From: Girardia tigrina
Lineage: Eukaryota
Direction: 5' to 3'
DNA length: 55,507 nucleotides
NCBI GenBank assembly: GCA_001938485.1
Contig: MQRK01187548.1
Location: 1-55,507 of the forward strand
The position numbers were made by a program, and so were the translations under genes. Within the stretch, counting starts at the first letter, position 1, and every line of letters starts with the position of its first letter. Below the pieces are notes generated by a model. The model saw nothing but the letters and a program-made list of their open reading frames with translations, had not been told where the DNA came from and made no database searches. Below are positions 1 to 12,351 of the stretch, piece after piece.

Positions 1-240
1 CTCACTTTCCATTTTACGTAGTTCGTACATATTGGTAACTACGCTTTTTATATCTTTGGTTTCAGTGGTTCCCCTCAGTTTTAATTCTTTTTTGATTTCA
101 TAACTGTCAACCATATTTACATAGGCAAGGTTGAGTAGTTCTTTTTTAGACAATTTTTCTTTTGTTAGTGTATTCACAAGTTCTTCTGCTTTTTTATATG
201 TTTCTTCTGGGTTGGAGGATCCCCACCGTAAGTTTACCAA
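1..240 (-). mobile_element. Gypsy gag fragment, same family as the gag at 24556
   Basis: Minus strand reads LVNLRWGSSNPEETYKKAEELV...NMVDSYEIKKELKLRGTTETKDIKSVVTNMYELRKM, closely matching the 24556-25161 ORF (NIRWGSSDHEEMLKKADELV...ETKDIKDVVSNMYELRKM). Confidence 0.8.
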
Positions 241-291
241 CNNNNNNNNNNNNNNNNNNNNNNNNNNNNNNNNNNNNNNNNNNNNNNNNNN

Positions 292-645
292 AAATAAAAA
301 ATATCTTTAATGTATCTAAATAATATTAAATATCTTAAAATTAAAAATGTCAAGAAAACAAAAATATTAAATATTTATTTATAAATAAAAATGTTTTTAA
401 TAAGAAATTGATTTTGAAAATAAAGTTTAAATAATTTTTTGAAATAAATTTTCGAAATAAATTATCAGGGTTTTAAAAATTAAATCGAAAAAAATTAATA
501 GATTAATTTGGGTCGAGATAATTAAATTAAATTAACAGGAAAATTTGTTTTAGAAATGTGAATTGTTATATTAATAAATTTTTGTGGTGTTGAATCATGG
601 CTCTAGAATATGATAATAATGAAAGTGGCATAAACGCTACTTACA
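292..645 (+). repeat. AT-rich LTR-like dispersed repeat, diverged inverted copy of 14618-15036
   Basis: 480-645 aligns with the reverse complement of about 14618-14780; homology stops exactly at ...GCTACTTACA, a typical LTR CA end. Confidence 0.55.
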
Positions 646-2014
646 ATCATCATAATTATATGATCTAAAATGCTATCTTTTACATGACCATGTCTAAGTT
701 AAGTGTTACCATTAAAAACAAACATCAATCAAAAAGAGTTACTCTTACTGCTGCAGTTTCAAAGGACCATCATGGAACATAATGTTCCTTTTAAAGAATG
801 GTCATACAAAATAAGTATCACTATACGAATGAGGGGAACTGGCAATACTTTATTATACCACCTAACTGCTCAACAGAGTCGAAATAAGAAAACACAGGTA
901 AAATTATCATGTTTACTGTAACCAAGATAACATTTTATATTATATGTAAAAACGACATAAAAAACTTCTATTATACTAAAAGCATGCATAAGCATTATTA
1001 ACAACATCACAAATTGAATGCAAACATTTATTTACAACACACACAGATTCTTCACAACAATTTTCAGTGATCATCTTTCTTTGATTAATATAGTTTTTGA
1101 TTAAATACTTAAATATGAAAAAAATTAATGAATGGGGAAATATTAATATTACATTTTAATTTCTCTTAATTTTTATTGGATAAAAATACNNNNNNNNNNN
1201 NNNNNNNNNNNNNNNNNNNNNNNNNNNNNNNNNNNNNNNNNNNNNNNNNNNNNNNNNNNNNNNNNNNNNNNNNNNNNNNNNNNNNNNNNNNNNNNNNNNN
1301 NNNNNNNNNNNNNNNNNNNNNNNNNNNNNNNNNNNNNTTCATTAGATTCAAATAATTAATCAAATAACATATCAATCCCATCTGAGTAGGAGAGTCACAA
1401 ATCTAAACAGCATAAAAACAACAAACTTACAACATTCACAATTATCCCTCACAGGCATTATACAAAACATCTACATAATCAGCTAATTATCTGAGCTTAC
1501 GAATCAATCATTAAAAGTATCTAGGTTACCGTAACCATGATACCTTTTAAGATTATATATATAAACAATCTAAATCAACTTAGAAACCATCACTGTTATC
1601 TTTAAAATCATGAAAAACAAATTAAAACACCTTAAAAATCATCGAAATCATGTAAAAACCACCAAAATTACAGAAAAAGTACAATAATCAATACTACACT
1701 CGTCTGCCTAGGCCGAACTGTGCTAATCAATAATGCACATGTGTTAATCAATACTTCACATTTGTCAGTGTGCAAAATCAATAAGTTTACAATTCTGCAA
1801 AGTGTACTATATTTATGTTTTTTATATAATAGTGCTAAGCATAGATCGAAGGTAGTAAGATATCGAAAATCTGTTTGAACACATGGATAGTAACTCATAT
1901 ATAAATAGTTAGATTCAATATCAACATTTTTGAAAAATCGATACGTAGTGCTTTTTCGAATATATGCACATTATGTGTGCAAATATTAAATTATAGATAT
2001 GTATTATATTATGA

Positions 2015-2627
2015 CTAGTAAATAACCCGTCATGTATGACGGGTAAAATTGAGAAAAGAAATTTCATTTTTTAATTTTAATTTGAGTAATTTTGGATGTG
2101 GAACAGATGCATTAAAACAAAGAAGACACAATTATATCACTTTTTATAATTTGTTTTCATATATAAAATTTTCATATATCAAGTAGATAATTATTTTATC
2201 TTATAAAAGCCCAAGTCACTCCGAATCAATTTTTTTTACCGAATCAATTAAATCAATTTCTTAAATAATAAAGGTTTTACAAATCTAATATATAAAATTT
2301 ATACATGATTTGAATATCGTTCTGATTTGATTAATTCATTGCGTGATAAAATTGAGTCGAAAAGAAAGGAAATTTATATTAATAATAATTCATATGGAAA
2401 ATTATTATTAGCAGAATTTTCCATATGAATTATTATTAATATAATTATCTACTTACAATTGTAAGTAGATAATTATATTAATAATAATTCATATGGAAAA
2501 TTCTGCTAATAATAATTTTCCATATGAATTATTATTAATATAAATATCTACTTACAATTGTAAGTAGATAATATGAGCGTTAGTGAAGCAGGCAGGCAGT
2601 GAGTGACTTGGGCTTTTATAATATAAA
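2015..2627 (-). mobile_element. Non-autonomous Helitron
   Basis: Minus-strand 3' end: hairpin ACCCGTCAT-AC-ATGACGGGT, 6 nt, then CTAG followed by T. The 5' end A|TTTATATTATAAAAGCCCAAGTCACTCACTGCCTGCC resembles a Helitron TC start with one substitution. No TSD; sits between A and T. Confidence 0.7.
2372..2545. repeat. Perfect 174-bp palindrome with nested hairpins
   Basis: Arms mirror around CAA|TTG at 2458/2459; each arm is itself a hairpin. Confidence 0.9.
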
Positions 2628-2809
2628 TGTTATACTATGTTATCAACCAATATCGTATCAAACATTCAAAACATGACCGTATCCAAGGTGATATCGTCAT
2701 GCATTCATCGTGTCGACGTATTGCACCCATCATATCAATACACAGCTGAACATGTAAAAAATACAGAAAATGATGAATAATATATAAAATACTGAAAGAA
2801 CTACCTAAT

Positions 2810-3330
2810 CAAACATTACCATCATGCTATCAGCCTTCAAATTTATCATATGAAACATCAAAAATACCTTATCAACCATATCATCAACCATCACATTTAC
2901 CTCAACAACCATCAAAATCATCATATCAACTATCCAATATACCTTATCAGCCGTACAGTCAACTATCAAATTTACCATATCAATTTGCTTTTAATTAGCA
3001 TTGCTGTCAAATATACATCATCAACCATACCATTAACCATCACATTTACCTCAACAACCATCAAAATTGACATATCAACCATCAAAATACCTTACTAGCC
3101 ATATCATCAACCATCAAAATTACCATATACTTTATCAGATATATCAACAAACATCAAATATACTCTATAAACCATTCAAAGTACCATATCAGCTATCAAA
3201 TATACCTTAACAACCATATCATCAACCATCAAAATCACCTAATGAACAGCCATTTGTATATAAAAGCCTTCAAATCTACCATAACAGCAATAAAAGTGAC
3301 CCTCATTGTATCAACCATTACCTTATCAAC
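2810..3330 (+). repeat. Degenerate tandem repeat (CATATCATCAACCATCAAAAT-like units)
   Basis: Recurrent catatcatcaaccatca / cacatttacctcaacaaccatcaaaat motifs. Confidence 0.7.
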
Positions 3331-3541
3331 CTTTCAAAAAGTGAACATTTTAATATACATATGTTACATATATATTATTGTTACATGCTATATGATCACA
3401 ACTTGTGATCATATAGTGATTCACAACACAGTTCAAATGTTTCTATGGTGTTTTACATGTTATATGTTATATTATTATCTATTTGTAATATATCTGTTTG
3501 TAACGTTATCTTAAAACATTACACTGTTCAATGAATGTTAT
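3131..3541 (+). repeat. Left copy of a ~410-bp inverted repeat (partner 8459-8870)
   Basis: Near-identical reverse complement of 8459-8870. Confidence 0.9.
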
Positions 3542-3614
3542 TATATATATATATAACATTACAATGTCTAATGAATGTCATATGTAATAACATTACACTG
3601 TTTAATAAACGCTA

Positions 3615-3622
<8 letters not shown>

Positions 3623-3696
<74 letters not shown>

Positions 3697-3760
3697 NNNN
3701 NNNNNNNNNNNNNNNNNNNNNNNNNNNNNNNNNNNNNNNNNNNNNNATATATATATATAT
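3623..3760. repeat. (TA)n microsatellite spanning a gap
   Basis: Pure TA dinucleotide run. Confidence 0.95.
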
Positions 3761-4734
3761 GTATACAAAATTTTATTAGCACAAAACAAGTACAAAATTA
3801 GGGTCACAGAGGACCACAGAGAAAGGGCCGTTTTAGACTACAGCGTCTTTTAAACGTCCAGTGATTGGATTCGTTCCAGGATTGAGTTGGTAGGTGTATC
3901 CTTTGAACAGGCATTGTAACAGAGAGTGTTATGTTTCGCCCAAGTCGATGCACAGTGTTTGATGCTGGAAATTACACATCTTCTCCTGAGACTATTGATT
4001 GCGGTTTCGGATAACTTCAAATCTTCGAGTACCTCATTATTCTTTTCTGGCGAGGAGCCGAGACATCTTACGACAATAGTCCCGAGTTTAATGTTCCATC
4101 CTGGGTATTAGCTTCTTTNNNTTTGGGCTTTAGCTTCTTTTTCCAGGGGCCCATACTTGGTTTCATTAAGTTCTCTTGCAGACTTGAGGTTTTCAGTCTC
4201 GTCATACGGAGTTTTGATATCAACTGGCCATAGAGTTCTTCCTCCGGTGTTTTTGGCTTGGATATCAATTCTTCTGGTTGAAGTTGAGAAGTCGCTTTGT
4301 TCGTCATTCTTGATTTCGTAGTAAGGTATTTCGAAATCAATAGCTTCGACAACAAGGTCAACCACTGCAGTGACAAGCGCCATGTTCATGTTGCAGTGAC
4401 ACAGAACATGCATTTGTGTTTCGACATGTTGTCGGCATGCTCTGCAGAGTGTATGTTCCCTTGGTTTCCCTGGTTTGAAGTTGACAGGCAGATTTCCTGT
4501 TCGAGCTTGGTGGATGNNNNNNNNNNNNNNNNNNNNNNNNNNNNNNNNNNNNNNNNNNNNNNNNNNCGGCATGCTCTGCAGAGTGTATGTTCCCTTGGTT
4601 TCCCTGGTTTGAAGTTGACAGGCAGATTTCCTGTTCGAGCTTGGTGGATGAATCGCCATTCTGTTGCAGTGAGGCTTCCATCATACAATACTTGGCTGGA
4701 TATTTTATTTTTGCTCAGAGCGTCAGCCGATCTA

Positions 4735-6225
4735 CTAGCATTCGATTGTCTTGACCAATCCACAAATTTCTGGTGACGATATAGTCTGTGAAATTGGAAG
4801 GACAGAGTTTTCTTGTTTGCGGCAGATATTGTTAAGGATTCTTTGGATGATTTGATATTTAGACATATGCCNNNNNNNNNNNNNNNNNNNNNNNNNNNNN
4901 NNNNNNNNNNNNNNNNNNNNNNNNNNNNNNNNNNNNNNNNNNNNNNNNNNNNNNNNNNNNNNNNNNNNNNNNNNNNNNNNNNNNNNNNNNNNNNNNNNNN
5001 NNNNNNNNNNNNNNNNNNNNNNNNNNNNNNNNNNNNNNNNNNNNNNNNNNNNNNNNNNNNNNNNNNNNNNNNNNNNNNNNNNNNNNNNNNNNNNNNNNNN
5101 NNNNNNNNNNCAGGTTAGGTTCCTGAATGCCTGGATGATTGATTGTATGGCATATTCATCGCGGGTTTCAACGAGTCCGAGTCCGCCATATTCTTTCCCA
5201 GCATAGAGATAGTCATTGGAGGCTGTTGGTTGAAGTCCACATATAGGCTTTATGATCTTTCTGATTTCTATGTCAAGACCGTAATCAAAGACTTTGTTTT
5301 TGACTTCTGAATGACCATATTTGGATAGTTCTCTATTCGGAATATTGTAATTTCGGAATTGGAATATCAGGCGCGAATGAATGAAGACCTTGTATGCGTC
5401 TAATTTTTGCCACGGGTCAAGAGATGAGTCGGCAATCTTTTTCATATCGTTGATGATACCTTTGAATAGTTCGATGGGGGAACTTTTTGTTTTTCTTGTA
5501 AAATCTACCCCCAGGTATCTATATCCCTTTTCGTCGTCCACTATCGGAATTTCTTCTTCATTGATGAAGATTTTTTCATTCGCCTTTGTTGTTGATAGAT
5601 AGCCGGATTTGCTCGGATTAAAGGTCATTGATGTCCAAGAGGCCCATTTGAAGGCATTATTGACCATTTCTTGCAGACCTTCATTGGTGTTGGAAATCAA
5701 GGTAATATCGTCGGCATAGGCTAGACAGGAAATTTTGATGTCTTTGATCGTGATCCCAGAGTCTGGAGAGTTGTGAATCTCTGTCAAGATTGGATCAATA
5801 CCGATGTTGAAGAGTAACATTGATAGTGGGTATCCCTGTCGAACCCCTCTGTTAATTGGTATTGCTTGAATCGAGCGGCCATTACAGGAATAATCAGATG
5901 TGTTGTCTGTGTAGATCTGACGTATTAGGTCACAGGATTTGGAGTTCATTCCTTTTCTACGTAGTATCTCTATCACATGAGCAATGGGCATTCTGCTAAA
6001 TGCATCTGTGAGATCAAGGAATGCTACGTGTACTTCTTCCAGTTCTTCCAAAATGATCCTGAGCACATTGTTGTGTTCCGCACACCCATCTGAAGTTCCA
6101 GTTCTTTTTTGGAGTGGAAAAATTATGTCATTGTCTGATAACCATTTTTCAAGCTGGGATGTCAAGCAGGACGCAAAAACTTTGTATATGCACTCAAGTA
6201 GAGCTATTGGCCTCCAGGAGGACAC
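4735..6225 (-). pseudogene. Non-LTR reverse transcriptase domain
   Basis: RT motifs including YADD; frameshifted relative to 6230-6787 and 4108-4763. Confidence 0.9.
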
Positions 6226-6949
6226 TTCATCATATTTGCCTATATATTGGAATCAGTATGGTGATAAATTCGCCCCAGTTCTTTGGAGTTTCGCTTTTGT
6301 CCATGATTTTTTCAAATAGCTTGGTTAGAATTTTGCCACTGGGATCACAATATTCAATGTCTTTGTATGTGATGTTTGATTTTCCAGGGCTAGATTTTTT
6401 CATTTTTGATAACACGGATAGAACTTCTGTTTCTGTTATCTTCTTGAATTGAAATTCCGGTCCTTGATCTATAAGAGGACAATTGGTCCAGTCAGTCACA
6501 GGGGGGTCCGGTGTTTTTGTTTGACCATATTCCTGGATCTTTTCAATTGGTGGACTTGTATTCACCTTTGTATCCGATAGAATCATTTCTATCACCTTTT
6601 TGGGCTCGGTTCTGTANTTGATGTGGAGGTGTGAATCGTTCTTACCTCTGTCTTTACCGATTTTGCCCATGTATGGTTTTTTACAGCTTTTTTTCTGTTT
6701 TTGCAGAATGAATAACTGGAGCTTTTCAGAATATTCTTCCATGGGGTCATTTGAAGCTGATTTGAGGAATTCTTCAGCATCTGTCAATCAGTCTTGGTAC
6801 GTTTGGTTCTGTTCATTTTGTTTTCCTTTTTCTGTAGGATGAGCAGAGATTTTGTTGAATCTTTTCTTTTTTGATAGTTCCCATATAGTTTGCCCATTGC
6901 CTTGATTAACGTCGTCATTGTTTATTATTTGGTAGATGTAATTGGCGAT

Positions 6950-7705
6950 TCAATAACCATTGCCAGCAAATTTTTCCGATTTTGTTGTATCAATTTCGGC
7001 AGGATCCCAAAGGTTGTCGTTCCTGTAGAATGAGTGGATATTCTTATTCAGGGTTTTAATGGCTATCCATTGTTCATCAGATATCCTTGGTAGTCTGTTT
7101 AAGACGGTTGTCCTTTGATTCTCTTGATCAAAGGATATCAAGATCCATTGCATATCTGATATGCAGAGTGGACAAAGGACAAGTCTTTTCCCGTCAAACG
7201 ATGAGTAGGAGATGTGTTTTTTTATGAATTCTTCATTCCCCTTGCTTATTATGTGGGTGATTCTGTGGTCCAAGATCATAATGTCATCTGGTATTTGTAG
7301 ATTTTGACTTAACTTGGACATTTGTTCAGCTCGGAAGTTGTACAGATCGGCTTTGACTTGTCTTTTCTCATTATGTTCTTTTTCAGTCTTTTTGCTTTCT
7401 TTTTTTGTGTACTTTTTTGTTCGTGGTTTGCGTTGCTGCTTTTTGTTGGTGGTAGGTTCTCTTCCTCCCCCTCTGGATTTTGGTTTTATTTGGCTGTTGA
7501 CATGTGGTTTCAACGCGTGCGCTTTTAACCTGATTTCCCAGATGGGTATATCAAATAGGGGGTTCTCCTTTCTATTGATGAAATTCTCAATAAACCCACA
7601 GGTGAATGGTCCGCAGTCATAGTTATTTTTCTGCTGTTGACATGTGCTATATCTGATTGGAAGTTTAATGTTGAAGAGGTTGTTATTTTTATCTGTTGCT
7701 GTTAT
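6950..7705 (-). pseudogene. Ulp1/C48-like cysteine protease region of the non-LTR element
   Basis: QQQKNNYDCG catalytic-Cys motif, then a second unit resembling a Ulp1 N-terminal half (ILDHRITHII...LVLCPLCISDMQWILISFD). Confidence 0.65.
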
Positions 7706-7708
7706 CTT

Positions 7709-8052
7709 ATATATATAGAGTCTTGGGAACGCAAGTTTAATATTTCGAAAATATAATTTGATTAAAGCTTTTTTTATATAATTATTGGACATGTTTCGAT
7801 GTTTACATACATCATCATCGGCAATTTTCAGATGTTTAGTATATGAATATTGAATTGTTTGAATAATACAATTTTAACAGTTATATTTACTTTAATAGGT
7901 AACAAAAAATTAATTATTATTATTTATCAAAGTATTATTGGGTAATAATGGCAAAAAGAATATTTTAATTAAAAATTTTAAGTATTGAAATAACCTTACG
8001 TTGCCCATTCTGAATGTTAATTGATGGGTTGTAGTGTCTTATTAGTAGAGAT
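7709..8052 (-). mobile_element. Penelope-like pseudo-LTR (GIY-YIG C-terminus, 3' UTR, hammerhead)
   Basis: Minus strand starts SLLIRHYNPSINIQNGQ...ILKIFN*, a typical PLE endonuclease tail. Homologous copies at 43080-45428 (split by a mariner) and 49325-49410. Confidence 0.75.
7784..7825 (-). ncRNA. Minimal type I hammerhead ribozyme, core variant
   Basis: AUUG-CCGAUGA-U-GAUGU(AUGUAA)ACAUC-GAAAC-AU-GUC-CAAU; U4 to C change in the CUGAnGA core. Confidence 0.7.
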
Positions 8053-8458
8053 TCACAAAAATGTCGTTCGTAATGTGAATCAAAACCCTTTTGTAGAACA
8101 GATAGATGAGTTTTCTATAAGACATGTATTACATATGTCTTTATCATTGAAAAAAATGCATATATTACATGATTTTACATGAAAATCATGTATTTGTCTA
8201 TGTTTTTCAGTAACGTATGTAAATTTTTATATATACATTCTTACAAAACCTATAAATAGTTTACACACTACATATAGATTATAGCCTGATAGGCTTAGTG
8301 CAGCCTGCCTAGGCGTAGTGCTACATATAACAAATAGATTGCATTTACTTTGATGATTCAAGTTTCAGTGTGCTATATAACCATAATATATTACAAATAG
8401 ATAATAATATAACATATAACATGTAAAACACCATAGAATATATATTTCTAACTTTTAT

Positions 8459-8870
8459 ATAACATTCATTGAACAGTGTAATGTTTTAAGATAACGTTAC
8501 AAACAGATATATTACAAATAGATAATAATATAACATATAACATGTAAAACACCATAGAAACATTTGAACTGTGTTGTGAATCACTATATGATCACAAGTT
8601 GTGATCATATAGCATGTAACAATAATATATATTTAACATATGTATATTAAAATGTTCACTTTTTGAAAGGTTGATAAGGTAATGGTTGATACAATTAGGG
8701 TCACTTTTTATTGCTGTTATGGTAGATTTGAAGGCTTTTATATACAAATGGCTGTTCATTAGGTGATTTTGATGGTTGATGATATGGTTGTTAAGATATA
8801 TTTGATAGCTGATATGGTACTTTTAATGGTTTATAAAGTATATTTGATGTTTGATGATATATCTGATAAG
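8459..8870 (-). repeat. Right copy of the ~410-bp inverted repeat (partner 3131-3541)
   Basis: Reverse complement of 3131-3541; a partial duplicate lies at about 8385-8440. Confidence 0.9.
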
Positions 8871-10959
8871 ATATATCAAGTCGATTGAGTAGGGCTCCTG
8901 ATAACTGGTTACATTGTAAAATAGAATTACTGGTACTTTATTGCTTCAATCGCAAATTTGTTAAGATAAGTGAAATTGCATAAAAATTAAGTTACATTAG
9001 AATTGAAATTAAATAAGAAATTAGTTGACACTACATCAATAAAATATAAAAAAAATCAAGTACAATTAAATTTTAATGAAGATAACCAAGGAAAATATTG
9101 TACGTACAGATTTGTAATTCAGCCTTTTATGTGACTAATAACCGAGGGATTATATTTTTATCAAATTAATTGCCAATTAAACATCTGAAGATCTGAATAT
9201 TTGCCATTTAGAAAATTCTTTAAACACAAATACGTTTGTCTTTCAATTCTTCATTCCAAAAAATTAACGTTAGATATTTATAGACTTTTTTATTTAATTT
9301 AAAACTTAGTTAAAAGTTATTTACTTTATTTAAATTTTTAATACGAAAATTTGAAACGATTTAATATTTTTAAAATTTTTAAATATCTTATGCTGTACTT
9401 TAAAATGCAAATTATACTCGAATAATTATTTATCGTGAACATCCAAAATATCAATTTTCCATCTGGATCGGAGAAACACATTTCCAAATACTAAACTGAA
9501 CTTACAAAATTCAACAAACCAATTTCAACATACCAAATTTATTATATTCCTCCCACTGGGCAAAAAAATATTTGACTGAATTATATTCAGTTTGAATTCA
9601 AATTTAATTTTTAATTTGTTATTTATGTGTTTATATCTTGTTCTATTATGCTAATAAACATGTATCATAACGAACAGAAAAGGCAAAGCAATTGAGCGAA
9701 AATGGATAAGCAAATTGTCATTCGATAAATAAGACAATCTAAAATTCAAATTAAGATTATTTTTTGGAATAGAAAAACATTTTTCGATATCAATAAGGAT
9801 AACAAAACGATGTTGTAAATAAAGATTTATTCCGTAACACCCGCCATGTCTTTACAATATCTAATTGCACGCATCTGATGTAACATTATTGTAATCTTGT
9901 GATTCAAATACATATTCTTTTTTGTGTAAAATACGCATGTTTTAAAATACGCAAGTGACAAAGTGTAGTGGTATCGAATTTTCAAGCATAAATGAGCACA
10001 GAAATGCCTTAATATCCCATACGCCTAGTTTGACATGGATTCTATGTTTTATTGGGAAAACTTGTAGATCGTCTCTCTTCCTTTGTTCTATAATTTAGAA
10101 TCCATACTAAATATTGAAAACTGTATGAATCTCAACAGTAATCACAAACATTTAACCTAGTGAAATAATACTCCAAGTCACAAGTGTCTGAATCAACAAA
10201 TTGTCAAGAGGGGTCAAACTATTTATGTTTATTTGATTGTGTCGGAATTCCTATAGAAGTGTTATTGTACAACATGTATTGGCCTTCTCACAATATCAAG
10301 TAAGATTCGGATAATTACAATATAAGGGTATTCCATTGTACACTCGAAATTGTATCAAGTAATACAAATAAATAAAATTAGAGAAGACGTCAAATTTCTA
10401 TGAAGTACTTAGTTATTTTAGAAAGACTTCTTATTATAGTCAAAGTTTTGTGAAAAAAGGATTTTGCTTTCGGTATTAGCTCTATGGACAAGGGAAACCT
10501 CTTCTCGTCTTAAGTGATGAGACATTTGCCATAATTTGTTTACCACTCTTTTAAGCTTCCTTCTCTATTGCTAGGCAATAAACAAGTGCTGGGGCTGACT
10601 CACATGCAATATAAATCTGAGAATATTTGAAAAATCTTCTCAACATTATCTAAAATAACTCAAAAATTCATGCTAGCTGCATCATGTAGAGCAGACATTT
10701 TCTACAAACGTTTATATTTATCAATGCTATGAATGCATTTTCATGTTAAAGAGAAATTCCGCTGCCTGGACAAGTTTAGAACAAACTCCGGTTGCATAGA
10801 AAATTTTCTAAGAAGAGGAAACAGTTCAGCTATGGTATTCAGCTATAGTGCAATGTATTTTGAGCATTGACCTAAACTAAAATTTGGTCTGACCCATCGA
10901 TTCTTTTTTAATTTTCCTTCTGAACGTCTTCCTTACCAGAAGCTTCTTAAAGACGCTCC

Positions 10960-11050
10960 AGAGATATAAATTATAGTAAATGGTGAGTGTAACAGTGTTT
11001 TGATAGACACTGGTATCTTTTTATCGGTTATCAAGCGAAGTAAAACTGAA
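10960..11050 (+). pseudogene. Degenerate retroviral-type aspartic protease fragment (Gypsy relic)
   Basis: Reads IVNGECNSVLIDTG. Confidence 0.45.
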
Positions 11051-11862
11051 AGATTTTCCATGTGAAAGTTACAATAGGTAATGAATCAGACGTGGCGACA
11101 GGGTACTATGAAGAAAATTGTAGTTTTGAAACGAGTTTTAGTTTTAATACAGACTTTAGTTCAGCAAAACAAAAATTAGACTGGTATTCTGCTTTTAACA
11201 ATTAAGCAAGCAGCAAAAACAAACATGAGTTTGCTTTCAAAATGTAAATAGTGACGGTCTTTTTGAAAAATGGAAAAAGGGTTTTTATTAGGGACAAATT
11301 TCCGGTACAGATGGACTGTCTATAAAATGAAATTCAACCGCAACATGTATTTAAGTCATATTAATTATAGATCATCGAGATTTGCAATATGGAGTTAAAT
11401 TTATAATGGAAATGAAAATTTGTAATACAAGTGTAAAAATGAGTAGACAGATTTATCGCGCTTATTAAAATCAGTAAACACACCTTTAACCATAATAAAA
11501 TAAATAATATTAATAAATATTAAGGTGTGATGGTTAATAGATGAATACTCAAACTGAATCGTTTTAATTAGATTATTAAGAACACCAATATGACTTTTAA
11601 TATTTTTATTAATATTACAAGTTTGATTGTCCTCACAACCGTTGGTCGCGCTGCGATTCCATTTTAACTCATTTTTTAACCCATTTGTTAAAAATAAAAT
11701 CAATATTTTAAATAATTTAATTAAAATAATTGATTAAACTAATTAAAATAAAATTAAATAATTAAAATAAATTAATACTTTAAATAAAATCATTAAGAAA
11801 AAATTAAATTAATTAAATTAAATAAAATATATAAATATATNNNNNNNNNNNNNNNNNNNNNN

Positions 11863-12351
11863 ATCATCACGTTCATATGGTTTAGTGATGATGTATATAG
11901 TTAAATCAAATATGAATCCGTTTTCGTTTCGAGTAAAAGTGTTGAAATAAAACTGCCCTCTCTGTCTTGGAAAATTCTTAAAAGAATAACACAAAAAGAT
12001 AAATCTCGTTTATTATCAAATATGAAAGATTTGTTACTAGAAATTATTTTGGATACTTTAAACTCAGATTTAAATCTGAAAATCAAAAATGTTGCTACTG
12101 ATGTATTTTTAAATATTCTCGTTCTCCATTATGTAGAATTCACAAGTCTTACAAAGGAATTTGATTCCATTCAGATTTTATTAAATCGAGTGCATTTTGA
12201 GCATCAAGAAATAATCTCATGTCACAAAATCACGATTGAAAGATGTTTTACTTGGCGTAATGACATTCTGAATAATATATTAATCCCGTATGGATTTTGT
12301 TACGAAATCGACTCAGAAAAACACGAGTTTTTTTTGAATAAACAAATTTGA
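11863..12351 (+). CDS. Hypothetical protein, intronless, one internal stop, 5' end lost in a gap
   Basis: The frame of ORF 12022-12351 continues upstream (IITFIWFSDDVYS*IKYESVF...RLLSNMKD); no family recognised. Confidence 0.4.

Larger units (their letters stand above)
3765..7705 (-). mobile_element. RLE-type non-LTR retrotransposon (NeSL/R2 group), 5'-truncated and frameshifted
   Basis: Domain order on the minus strand: Ulp1-like protease (QQQKNNYDCGPF), RT (WRPIALL, AFLDLTDAF, GVRQGYPLSMLLF, LAYADD, YRYLG), CCHC knuckle (CRAC...ETQMHVLCHC), PD-D/ExK-like RLE (RIDI...VDIKTPYD...KYGPL). AATAAA near 3773 precedes the (TA)n tract. Confidence 0.9.

Noticed and set aside
3780-3850. Spliced-leader or snRNA target gene next to the NeSL-like element
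   Set aside because: No recognisable SL, U2, tRNA or rRNA sequence at the junction.
4430-4650. Duplicated zinc-knuckle region in the non-LTR element
   Set aside because: Identical copies flank a 50-N gap; most likely an unmerged contig overlap.
7706-7792. Met start of ORF 6950-7792 as the true start of the LINE protein
   Set aside because: The first ~28 codons derive from the adjacent Penelope pLTR; the LINE is 5'-truncated.
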